Below are positions 51,567-59,451 of a DNA stretch of 59,451 nucleotides, piece by piece. Under the pieces are notes generated by a model. It ran no database searches. It was given only the letters and a program-made list of their open reading frames with translations, and had not been told where the DNA came from. Each line of letters opens with the position of its first letter. Position 1 is the stretch's first letter. Source of the DNA: Candidatus Thorarchaeota archaeon SMTZ1-45. GTDB taxonomy: Archaea > Asgardarchaeota > Thorarchaeia > Thorarchaeales > Thorarchaeaceae. Made by a program: the position numbers and the translations under genes. The DNA lies in the NCBI GenBank assembly GCA_001563335.1, contig LRSL01000015.1, forward strand, positions 1 through 59,451, given 5' to 3'.

Positions 51567-51624
51567 CTTTTCATTCTAATAGTAAATTCACAAGACTCAT
51601 CTGAAGATTTCAAGGAATTATCTA

Positions 51625-52107
51625 GTGTGGAGATTGAGTGTGTCAGCAGTGAGCCCGGTTGAGCAGTCGAACAATATACTACTCAGTAAACTTTCACATC
51701 TGTCACGGATTGTGATGTTTGGTGCATTACCAGTCATAGAACACCTAGATTATGTAGAGTATTATAGGCGTATCATCAGTTACCCTTACAGACCCGGAGA
51801 CGTACTTCCAACCCCCCTGTTTTATCCAATGAATTTCCAAATTACATTGATAGCAGTGATTGCCATTGATCTGATAGTACTCTGGAAATGGTCGAAAAGA
51901 AGAGAGGATTATGAGATCTTTACATCCTGCATGTTTTTGTTTGAGCTGTTCCTGTTATTGTTGACTATTGAAGATTTTGGCAGGATTCCATTTACTCCGG
52001 ATATTGGAAATATTATACTCCTCCTAGGAGTGCTTCTATTTGGTCTTCTTCAGATTCTTCTAATAGCTAAGAGGCGATTCATGACAAGGAAAACAGCTCC
52101 AGCGTAG
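51625..52107 (+). CDS. Cassette 1: hypothetical membrane protein
   Basis: About 4 TM helices; stop codon 4 nt before a tRNA-end repeat. Confidence 0.6.
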   Translation: MWRLSVSAVSPVEQSNNILLSKLSHLSRIVMFGALPVIEHLDYVEYYRRIISYPYRPGDVLPTPLFYPMNFQITLIAVIAIDLIVLWKWSKRREDYEIFTSCMFLFELFLLLLTIEDFGRIPFTPDIGNIILLLGVLLFGLLQILLIAKRRFMTRKTAPA

Positions 52108-52111
52108 TAAA

Positions 52112-52136
52112 AGTTCGAATCTCGCACGGCCCACCA
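52112..52136 (+). repeat. tRNA-Ala 3'-end copy 1
   Basis: AGTTCGAATCTCGCACGGCCCACCA, 23/25 identical to the tRNA end; followed by TTTCTTTCT. Confidence 0.9.
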
Positions 52137-52205
52137 TTTCTTTCTGCAATCAATATCGTAATGAATGGACTTCAATAGAAACGATGCTTTTATACAGAAG
52201 TCACG

Positions 52206-52658
52206 ATGGTCATTATGGTTCAGATGGATTCGACGATATCCTTTGATGATTCATCGCTAGGAAATGCGAATAGAATAAGACTGGTATTCCTTGTTTATGC
52301 AGTAGTGTTGCCCCTTGTCAGTTTCATAATTCCCGAATCAGATCTCCCAGGTAACACTAATCCTTTGTTCCTTTCATGGGTACTTTTAGTGATGATGCCC
52401 ATAGAGCTTTTGCTCATCTACGTGTTCTTCCGTTTCTTTGAGAGGAGTACTCAGTGGGAGAGCATTATGGGTCCAGCTATTCTCATGTATATGGTCGCAA
52501 CAGCACCATCAATCTACGCTTTTATAATTGGATTCACTGACTCTGCTCTCCGGCTTCTCGCGATTCCGGTGGGATTGACATTTTCTCTCACTGGTCTGCT
52601 AATTGCAGCAATGTTCGTTTCGACTCTTTGGGAGAAGGTTTCAACCTCGAATCAATAA
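52206..52658 (+). CDS. Cassette 2: four-TM hypothetical protein
   Basis: Four hydrophobic helices. Confidence 0.65.
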   Translation: MVIMVQMDSTISFDDSSLGNANRIRLVFLVYAVVLPLVSFIIPESDLPGNTNPLFLSWVLLVMMPIELLLIYVFFRFFERSTQWESIMGPAILMYMVATAPSIYAFIIGFTDSALRLLAIPVGLTFSLTGLLIAAMFVSTLWEKVSTSNQ

Positions 52659-52674
52659 GCATTTCTTGTTTAAT

Positions 52675-52694
52675 GAATCTCGCCCGGTACACCA
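52675..52694 (+). repeat. tRNA-Ala 3'-end copy 2
   Basis: GAATCTCGCCCGGTACACCA, 19/20 identical; followed by CTTCTTCT. Confidence 0.88.
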
Positions 52695-52700
52695 CTTCTT

Positions 52701-53072
52701 CTATCTTCTTCTCTTGTCCGAAAGAGCATAGAAAAGAAGTAGATCTCCAATTATGATATTGCTGAGTGCGACAAAAAGATTTTGAACCCAAACTGTAACA
52801 CTGCTGGCAGCTAGTATACAAATCCCCCAGATTCCAGTTGTACTGAGATTCTCACCGATTTTTGAATTTGACTTATCATAGTACAACAAACCTATGGTTA
52901 GTAGAAGGAAAGCTGTTCCAACACCTAGTATTGTTAAAGAAAGTGTCCTCAATTCAGAAAGAAGAGCTATAGAAATTAATATTGATGAAATTGCAATTAT
53001 TAGTGTAATCTCGCCAGTCAAAATAAGTTGCGGATTTTTTCTTGTTGTTTCTGAACACATATTCAACTTCAC
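52701..53072 (-). CDS. Cassette 3a: four-TM hypothetical protein
   Basis: Hydrophobic helices, basic tail; stop codon 6 nt from the repeat CCA. Confidence 0.6.
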   Translation of the reverse strand: MKLNMCSETTRKNPQLILTGEITLIIAISSILISIALLSELRTLSLTILGVGTAFLLLTIGLLYYDKSNSKIGENLSTTGIWGICILAASSVTVWVQNLFVALSNIIIGDLLLFYALSDKRRR

Positions 53073-53204
53073 AGTAAAACGGTAAAATCTACTTTTTGCC
53101 TTGTTAACTGGTTACCATAGTAAAGAAAGTTTATCTGAAATCAATGTGCAAATTATCATTGAATCTTTTGGAGGAGAGTATTTACGCTCAGCTTTCGACA
53201 AGTA

Positions 53205-54866
53205 ATGATTTGGACTTCCATACTAACCACGCTAGTAATTGTAGTACCATTTGTTAGCGGCAATCTGGTTTTACATACTTGGAACGAGTCTGTTTCCAAA
53301 GCGGCGATGTTGGAAATAATCCCTCATGAACCAATAAGAATCATGGAGAATCAGGATTTCATCACTCAAGGGTGGCCTGGAAAGGGAACAATGAGTGAAC
53401 CCTATCTGATAGAGGATCTTCAGATACAGTGCGATGAGGAAACAGGAGTCTTCATAGCAAACATCACAGTCTTCTTCAAAATCAGTAATTGCAAGTTTAT
53501 TGCAGCTGACGGTGGAATGGCATTTTGGCTTATTAACGTAACAAATGGTGAAATCAGAAATTGCATATCTGAGTGGTGTGATTGGACAATCAGGAATTCA
53601 TCGCAGTGTAGAATAGAATCAACTAGTGCATCGGGTAGTGCAGGTTTAGTACTATGGGGCTGTACCAACTGCTCAGTTGTTGGTAACTCCTTGATTTCTG
53701 ATGTTTGGGGCCATGTAATCTTTGATACTTGCACCAATTGCGAATTTTCACGAAATACTGTGGTAGGATGTGAGTCAGAGGGAATTTGGCTTATCAGAGG
53801 CGTAAATTGCTCAATACGAGAGAATGAATTCGCAGAGAACAGTATAGGAATAAGTCTGCTGGGATCAAATGACACCTCGATTAGTGACAACAACATTCAT
53901 GATAATGTGTACTATGGAGTTGAGATTTACGCTTGTGGAGATACTCAACTGGTTGGGAACACCCTTCAGAATAATGGTGTTGTCCTTCACCTTTGGGACT
54001 GGGAATGGAACGGCCATTCAATCTCTGGACGAGAGTTCCTTAATGCCGAGTATCTATTTCAAGACAATACTGTTAATGGAAAGCTGCTAGGCTTCTTTCA
54101 AGATTTGGATGGGAGTAAAATTGATGGGACTTCATATGGCCAAGTTATTCTTTTGAACTGCAGCAACCTATCTATTGACCATGGAACAATTACCAATACA
54201 TCCATTGGTGTTCAGATTCTCTTCAGTGACAACTGTAGTATGACGGATATGACCATCGCTAACTGTAGCGCTGCTGGAACAGTCGTTGAGGAATCGAACA
54301 GCACTAAAGTTTTAGGTTGCAGCTTCTCCAGCAATGTAGACAGTGGCTTATTCTTTGAACGATCATTCAATGCTCTTGTTGCTAATTGCTCAATATCTGG
54401 AAGCCGCAGGGGTCTAGGACTGTGGTTTTCGGGACTATGTACTATCCTCAATACCACTTTGAGCTTCAACACATGGGGAACTGAGTTCTATAACACCTCA
54501 GATTGTTTCTTTGTGAACAACACAGTACTGTACAATAAGGGGGGAGTATATCTAGCCTTTAGCTGCGATAACAACATGATTTTTGGTAACTCGATAGGAT
54601 GGAATGAGTGGTATAACGCGCAAAGTGATAATTATAGCAACCAATGGGATGATGGAGTGAGCCGAGGCAACATGTGGAGTGACTATGATGGCTCTGGTGT
54701 CTATGAGATTAATCATTATGAAGTGGATCGATTTCCTGAACTACTCGTCGGGCCTTTCCCTTACATTGAGCTTGGCTTAATCAGTATTGGTGTGGTTGGA
54801 GGAGCCTTCATCGTAATTATTCTTATTCATATAATTAGGTCACGAAGAATCTCCAACGAGCTGTAA
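53205..54866 (+). CDS. Cassette 3b: NosD/CASH right-handed beta-helix surface protein
   Basis: Signal peptide, GWPGKGT..EPYLIE, repeated GI.L..S.N..I..N units, GNMWSDYDG, C-terminal TM + basic tail. Confidence 0.85.
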   Translation: MIWTSILTTLVIVVPFVSGNLVLHTWNESVSKAAMLEIIPHEPIRIMENQDFITQGWPGKGTMSEPYLIEDLQIQCDEETGVFIANITVFFKISNCKFIAADGGMAFWLINVTNGEIRNCISEWCDWTIRNSSQCRIESTSASGSAGLVLWGCTNCSVVGNSLISDVWGHVIFDTCTNCEFSRNTVVGCESEGIWLIRGVNCSIRENEFAENSIGISLLGSNDTSISDNNIHDNVYYGVEIYACGDTQLVGNTLQNNGVVLHLWDWEWNGHSISGREFLNAEYLFQDNTVNGKLLGFFQDLDGSKIDGTSYGQVILLNCSNLSIDHGTITNTSIGVQILFSDNCSMTDMTIANCSAAGTVVEESNSTKVLGCSFSSNVDSGLFFERSFNALVANCSISGSRRGLGLWFSGLCTILNTTLSFNTWGTEFYNTSDCFFVNNTVLYNKGGVYLAFSCDNNMIFGNSIGWNEWYNAQSDNYSNQWDDGVSRGNMWSDYDGSGVYEINHYEVDRFPELLVGPFPYIELGLISIGVVGGAFIVIILIHIIRSRRISNEL

Positions 54867-54933
54867 TCAAATTCCGCTCTGCATCATAGGTAAACCTTGA
54901 CATATATCATACTCTGTAGTCATTTTCAAAGAC

Positions 54934-54967
54934 GAGGTCGCGTGTTCGAATCGCGCCCGGTCCACCA
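54934..54967 (+). repeat. tRNA-Ala 3'-end copy 3 (longest; variant T stem)
   Basis: GAGGTCGCGTGTTCGAATCGCGCCCGGTCCACCA, 32/34 identical; followed by TTTATTTTCT. Confidence 0.92.
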
Positions 54968-55208
54968 TTTATTTTCTAACAGGGATCAGTCACGAATCTT
55001 TTAGAACTAATTACTCAAGGAACTGCGCTTGCTCTAGAATGACTGTAATTATAGCGTCAAACATTTTCTATTTATATCATGGATGTTATACGAGCTACTG
55101 TGTTACTGCTTGCGTTTCTCTTTGAAGGAAGTGGGCCAAGAATAATCAAGTTCCTTGAAAGAATCACACTAGTTTCGAAATAAAAGACATATTGTGCGTT
55201 AGGAGAAC

Positions 55209-56075
55209 TTGAGAACAGTGAAAGATAACAAGAGAATTATGAAAGAGTACCCTCTAATAAGCGGAATCTTAGTAACAATAGTTTTCAGTCTTGTATTGAG
55301 TATAAATCTCATCCTAAGGCTCGGAGACGTATTAAATGATGCTGGTTTTCCAGAGATATTCATTCTGGTAATTGATTTTTCAGTTCGTTTTCTTTCAGGT
55401 GCAATATGCGTTACTCTGATAATTCCACTCATTCTATACTTCTCACTAAGCAAGAAAATCCTCAAAGTCTATGTTAAGGATGATATCCGTATTAGACAAA
55501 ACGTTTCTATATCTAGATCCAGCTTAGTGGGCGTACTTTCAGCGCTATGTTTTTTCGTTATTTGTATCATAATGGCCTTATTCTTAGGAGTTCTTAGTCT
55601 AGATTTCAGTCTAATATTGAGCTATCCCACAGAGGGATTTGCTGGCTGGTTCATTTTCATTTATGCATTAATTCCAGCCTTATGGGAAGAGATGACATTT
55701 CGTGGAGTCGTACTAAATACAGTCTTGGGAAAATACAGTGAAAAAATCGCAATCCTAGTGAGCAGCTTGTTATTTGGGCTATTTCATTTTACAAATTTAC
55801 TGTTTGAACCATTAGAGTTGGTCTTCTTCTATTTCATAATGTCGACGCTCTATGGTATGGCCTGGGGCTATTCGGTTGTCAAATGCGGTAATGTTATACC
55901 GGGTATTGTCGCGCACTATTTGATTGATGCATTTGGTCTGCCTTTCATTAGTATCCAAAGCGCTGAACAAGCTATTGTGGGCACTTTCTTCATGTCCATT
56001 TCATTCTTGTATCCATTAGTTACGATTCTTCTGCTGTACTATGTTTTTAGTTTTAGAAATAAAACGAGAGGATAG
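55209..56075 (+). CDS. Cassette 4: CPBP/CAAX (Abi-family) intramembrane protease
   Basis: EEMTFRG, FGLFH, AHYLID motifs. Confidence 0.9.
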   Translation: MRTVKDNKRIMKEYPLISGILVTIVFSLVLSINLILRLGDVLNDAGFPEIFILVIDFSVRFLSGAICVTLIIPLILYFSLSKKILKVYVKDDIRIRQNVSISRSSLVGVLSALCFFVICIIMALFLGVLSLDFSLILSYPTEGFAGWFIFIYALIPALWEEMTFRGVVLNTVLGKYSEKIAILVSSLLFGLFHFTNLLFEPLELVFFYFIMSTLYGMAWGYSVVKCGNVIPGIVAHYLIDAFGLPFISIQSAEQAIVGTFFMSISFLYPLVTILLLYYVFSFRNKTRG

Positions 56076-56076
56076 G

Positions 56077-56232
56077 ATACTGGATTCCGGTGATAACGTA
56101 GACGAGGTGCTCGAAGCTGTAAAAGGATCTGGCCGCCAATTGATTGAACAGGGGAAGTTGACACCAAAGACATTGAACACTGTGAGTCGTCAGCTTCTTC
56201 CCATAGAGAGCTATGTACAAGTTGTGGAATGA
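56077..56232 (+). pseudogene. Probable C-terminal remnant of a flavodoxin-like/NAD(P)H oxidoreductase gene
   Basis: DEVLEAVKGSGRQLIEQGKLTPKTLNTVSRQLLP resembles the C-terminal helices of that family; no N-terminus present. Confidence 0.4.
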
Positions 56233-56256
56233 TTAACTGAAGATATCAGACCCATC

Positions 56257-56274
56257 ATCTCTCCCAGTCCACCA
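56257..56274 (+). repeat. tRNA-Ala 3'-end copy 4 (degenerate)
   Basis: ATCTCTCCCAGTCCACCA, 16/18 identical. Confidence 0.7.
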
Positions 56275-56277
56275 GCT

Positions 56278-56946
56278 TCATTTTGAATTAAACATTAGGC
56301 AGTAACTGTGATTATAGCCATAGATGTGTGGACTATCTCCATAATCCGTGCCCTGCCAACATGCAATAATCTCTTTTTCAAAATCAAGGACTTGGGATAA
56401 AACACGACCCACATCCCAAGCCAGGAGGGTCCCTGGTCGAGTACTGGTGGCTCCTAGGTTGAAGACCTCAACAATCACCTTGGCCTCAGGTTTTAGGAAT
56501 GCACGTAACTTCCGAAATATTATCTGAAGCTGATTTAGATAGTCCTGATAGGTCCCATTCTCTGTAAAGCCAGAAAGCGGATTCTTTTTTTCATCACTTC
56601 TCATGAAAATGGGTGATGTGAAAACAAAGTCGATGAGCGGCAATTGGAATTCGTCTAGATTTCGGGAGTCGCCAAGGATGATATTATCCTTGAATTCAAT
56701 TTGGGAGCGGATATACTCAAAACGATCTTTATCAGCCTCAATTCCAAATGGTATCCGATCCATTTCCTCAGCAACAAGGAGTGTCGTTCCAAGACCTGCA
56801 AAAGGATCAAAGACTGTGTCGCCTGGTTGAGTGAACTGATGGATGAGGTATTCAATGAGTGATTCAGGTGTTCTATTGTCATCATCATGGAATTCTTCAG
56901 GAATCTGACGTCGTTTTATGTATGGTAGAAGAATGTATGTCTGCAT
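56278..56946 (-). CDS. Cassette 5: orphan N4/N6 DNA methyltransferase-like protein
   Basis: TPESLIEYLI..FTQPGDTVFDPFAGLGTT (motif I) and FTSPIF (SPPY-like motif IV). Confidence 0.75.
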   Translation of the reverse strand: MQTYILLPYIKRRQIPEEFHDDDNRTPESLIEYLIHQFTQPGDTVFDPFAGLGTTLLVAEEMDRIPFGIEADKDRFEYIRSQIEFKDNIILGDSRNLDEFQLPLIDFVFTSPIFMRSDEKKNPLSGFTENGTYQDYLNQLQIIFRKLRAFLKPEAKVIVEVFNLGATSTRPGTLLAWDVGRVLSQVLDFEKEIIACWQGTDYGDSPHIYGYNHSYCLMFNSK

Positions 56947-57005
56947 ATCCCTAACAGCACCTTAGATAGCTTGATGCTTGATACTTCTTCAGGAACATAA
57001 ACGAA

Positions 57006-57027
57006 TCGAATCTCGCCCGGTCCACCA
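57006..57027 (+). repeat. tRNA-Ala 3'-end copy 5
   Basis: TCGAATCTCGCCCGGTCCACCA, 22/22 identical; followed by CCTCTCTTCT. Confidence 0.92.
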
Positions 57028-57087
57028 CCTCTCTTCTCCATTAAATCCAGCTTGTGAGTTCTTTTTCAAGACAACATAATCAGAACC

Positions 57088-58383
57088 CTATGAACGTCTA
57101 CGAACACGGAAGATATTGATCAGAAAAATTGCTAATACGACACCTGAAACGATGACGAGGACTGGATTGAGATGAGATGCTGGAAACAGACCTATATCAA
57201 CGAGTACTAGATTTCGAATCTCTGTTGTGTTCCGGGCGATGTCATACCAGTCATTGGAATTGTAGTTCAAGATGCAATTCACATTTGAAAGCCAGACATA
57301 CCCCATCATCTTTGTAGGATTGAAGTACATCAGACCCTTATATCCGATAGTAGAACCTCCATGACCAAAGAGACCGTGGGAGAAGATATCCAGACCAAGA
57401 CCATACCCCTCCCAGCGGAGTTCCGATGGAACGGTATTCTCACTGGCGAAGTCTGATACTCTCTCAAGCATCATGTCGATTGTTTCTGGCTGGAGGATCT
57501 GAGAGTCACCGATCTGTCCTCCATTCATGAGGGCGATCATGAGATGTCCCAGATCGCTCACTGTGCTTCGCATCATGTGTTGTCCATCCCATATAGGTAA
57601 CTCAAGGTTTGACCCGGATATGCGTGTGTGAGGTAAGGCATGATGACCTATGAAGTCTGAAGAATTGAATCCTGTGTTGTTCATGAACAACGGACTGAAG
57701 ATATTCTCTTGCATGTAGTCTGAGATAGTCTGTTCTGACACCGTTTCTATAAGATACATCAATATCTTGTAGCCAGCGTTAGAGTAGCTGTACTGGGTTC
57801 CTGGTTCAAATAGCCAGTTAGAACTGCTGTAGTAAGAACCACTTGGAGTCAAGCACTCGTTGAGGAAATCGCCTAATGAAAGGCCGATTACAGGAGTATA
57901 GTATTCTCGCCCATATGCGTAGTCGGGATAATAGGCACCTTCCCAATCATAGCAGAACTCATGTGGTAGAAGAGTAGCCAACCCAGTTCGATGTGCAAGC
58001 AGCATTCTGATTGTGATGGCAACATCGGAGTAACTAGGATTTGAAATTTCAAAGGGAAGGTAATCACTAACATCATTGTCTAATTCAATGCTACCATTCT
58101 CAAAGAGTTGTAGTATTGAGATTGCCACGAGTGTTTTTTGTATAGAGCCTATGAGAAAGACAGTATCATAGGCGGTCTGTGCTCCGAAACCTTTCACCCA
58201 GCTTATCTCGTCATTAGAAACTACGCAAGCATGAAATGATGGGATGTTACCTTCAGTGACAATTCTTCCAATTTCCTCCTCTACACGAGATGAAACAATT
58301 CCGGTCCCAGTGCCATTACATAGGGGAACAAATAGACCAACAACAAGGAGGAGGATGAAGATCGAGGTGATTATCCTCTTCAT
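57088..58383 (-). CDS. Cassette 6: secreted, membrane-anchored serine hydrolase (beta-lactamase/AmpC-like fold)
   Basis: Signal peptide, SxxK (GSIQK), LLAHRTG, YSYSN, GHGG; C-terminal TM + RVRRRS. Confidence 0.88.
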   Translation of the reverse strand: MKRIITSIFILLLVVGLFVPLCNGTGTGIVSSRVEEEIGRIVTEGNIPSFHACVVSNDEISWVKGFGAQTAYDTVFLIGSIQKTLVAISILQLFENGSIELDNDVSDYLPFEISNPSYSDVAITIRMLLAHRTGLATLLPHEFCYDWEGAYYPDYAYGREYYTPVIGLSLGDFLNECLTPSGSYYSSSNWLFEPGTQYSYSNAGYKILMYLIETVSEQTISDYMQENIFSPLFMNNTGFNSSDFIGHHALPHTRISGSNLELPIWDGQHMMRSTVSDLGHLMIALMNGGQIGDSQILQPETIDMMLERVSDFASENTVPSELRWEGYGLGLDIFSHGLFGHGGSTIGYKGLMYFNPTKMMGYVWLSNVNCILNYNSNDWYDIARNTTEIRNLVLVDIGLFPASHLNPVLVIVSGVVLAIFLINIFRVRRRS

Positions 58384-58535
58384 GATTAGTCTCTCTCAAT
58401 AAGGGGAATTCTTCAAGGAATCCTGTGTTTCGATTGCATATATTTGGAGTAGTTGGCGCAATGCCCGACCTTAATCCTATACTCTTCTGAGAAATGGTTT
58501 GCATAGTGAGGAGAAGAGTGATAGTCATCACTGAA

Positions 58536-58558
58536 TTCGAGTCGTACCTAGTCCACCA
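58536..58558 (+). repeat. tRNA-Ala 3'-end copy 6 (degenerate)
   Basis: TTCGAGTCGTACCTAGTCCACCA keeps TTCGA and GTCCACCA at the correct spacing; followed by TTTCGTTTCTTT. Confidence 0.7.
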
Positions 58559-58617
58559 TTTCGTTTCTTTGTTCGAAACTCTTTTCCTATTTCGTGTCAA
58601 TATAGCATGAAAGTGAA

Positions 58618-59370
58618 ATGTCAATTCGTGTACTCACCCTCGTTCTCTTCTGCTCTATCTTACTGGTCCAACCACACCCAATTCTATCACAAAATCAAAC
58701 AGGTCTTCCTGAATTCTTAGATATTGGATCATATGCTCAGTATAAACAAGAGTTCTCAAATGATGAAACACATGAATTATATTGGAAAATAAAATCAGTG
58801 GAACCAGATACTATCGAGATAGAAATTCGCTCCCATGGTCTGATTTTCAATTCCACAACTGACTCGTTTGCCATTGTTCCAGGTGGTGGAAAATTGATAG
58901 TCGATAGAGATTCATTATTCATTCTCAATGCATTTCATCCAAATGGTTCTGAGATCGATGGATATCCAGTGAATAAGAAGATAGCATTCTGGATTTCAAC
59001 CAAAACAAACGAGAGTACTCCAATCAACACGATGTATGAAACAAATGAATATCCTGTGTCTGTTGGACCACTAGAATTTGACTGCTTGCCCACCACACGA
59101 ATATGTTGGTTGACAGAAAATGTATACTCAGTGGGAAATCAGATGAACCGGTATTATGATCAACAAACGGGAATTGTCTTGATGATTGAAACCAATCGTA
59201 GTATTCTCAATGCAGAGATATCAGTGTTAGAAACACTAAATGATACAAACATCCTACCATTAATTGAGAGTTGGAACGATTTCGATTGGGAATTATCGAT
59301 TACTCTTCTAGCTATCAGTATAGTAGGCATTACTCTATTAGTAGCAGTATTCTATCATCGCAGAAGATAA
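58618..59370 (+). CDS. Cassette 7: secreted, membrane-anchored hypothetical protein
   Basis: Signal peptide, GSYAQY, YYDQQTGIVL, C-terminal TM + HRRR. Confidence 0.7.
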   Translation: MSIRVLTLVLFCSILLVQPHPILSQNQTGLPEFLDIGSYAQYKQEFSNDETHELYWKIKSVEPDTIEIEIRSHGLIFNSTTDSFAIVPGGGKLIVDRDSLFILNAFHPNGSEIDGYPVNKKIAFWISTKTNESTPINTMYETNEYPVSVGPLEFDCLPTTRICWLTENVYSVGNQMNRYYDQQTGIVLMIETNRSILNAEISVLETLNDTNILPLIESWNDFDWELSITLLAISIVGITLLVAVFYHRRR

Positions 59371-59386
59371 TCCTGAGAGTAATCCG

Positions 59387-59404
59387 ATCTCGCCCAGTCC
59401 ACCA
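59387..59404 (+). repeat. tRNA-Ala 3'-end copy 7
   Basis: ATCTCGCCCAGTCCACCA, 17/18 identical; followed by TTTCTCCTTTT. Confidence 0.85.
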
Positions 59405-59451
59405 TTTCTCCTTTTGATTTGGGGTACTTATCATCTCCATCTTGATCGGTT

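Larger units (their letters stand above)
51567..59451 (+). mobile_element. tRNA-Ala-anchored gene-cassette array (at least 7 cassettes; probably continues past the window end)
   Basis: Seven direct copies of the tRNA 3' end separate small accessory genes; no integrase in the window. Confidence 0.75.

Noticed and set aside
53104-53118. Possible eighth repeat (CTGGTTACCA) between the two genes of cassette 3
   Set aside because: Too few matches to the 18-nt core and no T-loop remnant; could be chance.
51567-59451. Reading the tRNA-end repeats as a CRISPR array or classical attC sites
   Set aside because: Spacing is 0.56-2.3 kb with whole genes between repeats. The repeats are tRNA-derived and lack the RYYYAAC...GTTRRRY palindromic attC structure.

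Overview
Archaeal chromosome segment, most likely from an Asgard archaeon (Thorarchaeia-like; inferred from two tandem Asgard-type profilins, eL38/eL40/eL21/eL37, Rpo4, aCPSF1, SepF and Lsm). Most of 3-51 kb is housekeeping DNA: a MoxR/DUF58/DUF4350/giant pseudo-transglutaminase operon, RNA-modification genes, sucCD, proteasome genes, and a pus10-rpl21e-rpo4-DUF655-rsmA-hemK cluster. Four things stand out. (1) From tRNA-Ala(GGC) at 51490 to the window end lies an integron-like array of 0.56-2.3 kb one- or two-gene cassettes. Each is closed by a direct copy of the tRNA 3' end (at least 7 copies, all ending in CCA plus a pyrimidine tract), and no integrase is in view. (2) A stand-alone ~700 aa Cas12/TnpB-like RuvC nuclease has all three catalytic acidic residues and no CRISPR array or transposase. 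Its element is flanked by a 10-bp direct repeat and ends in a predicted pseudoknot exactly at that boundary. (3) A second, inactivated IS605/IS607-type tnpB is also flanked by a direct repeat (12 bp). (4) Three unannotated tandem micro-ORFs lie at 677-1003, two of them sharing a C-terminal AIxxAYxYR motif. All calls come from reading the sequence and motifs by eye; no database searches were run.
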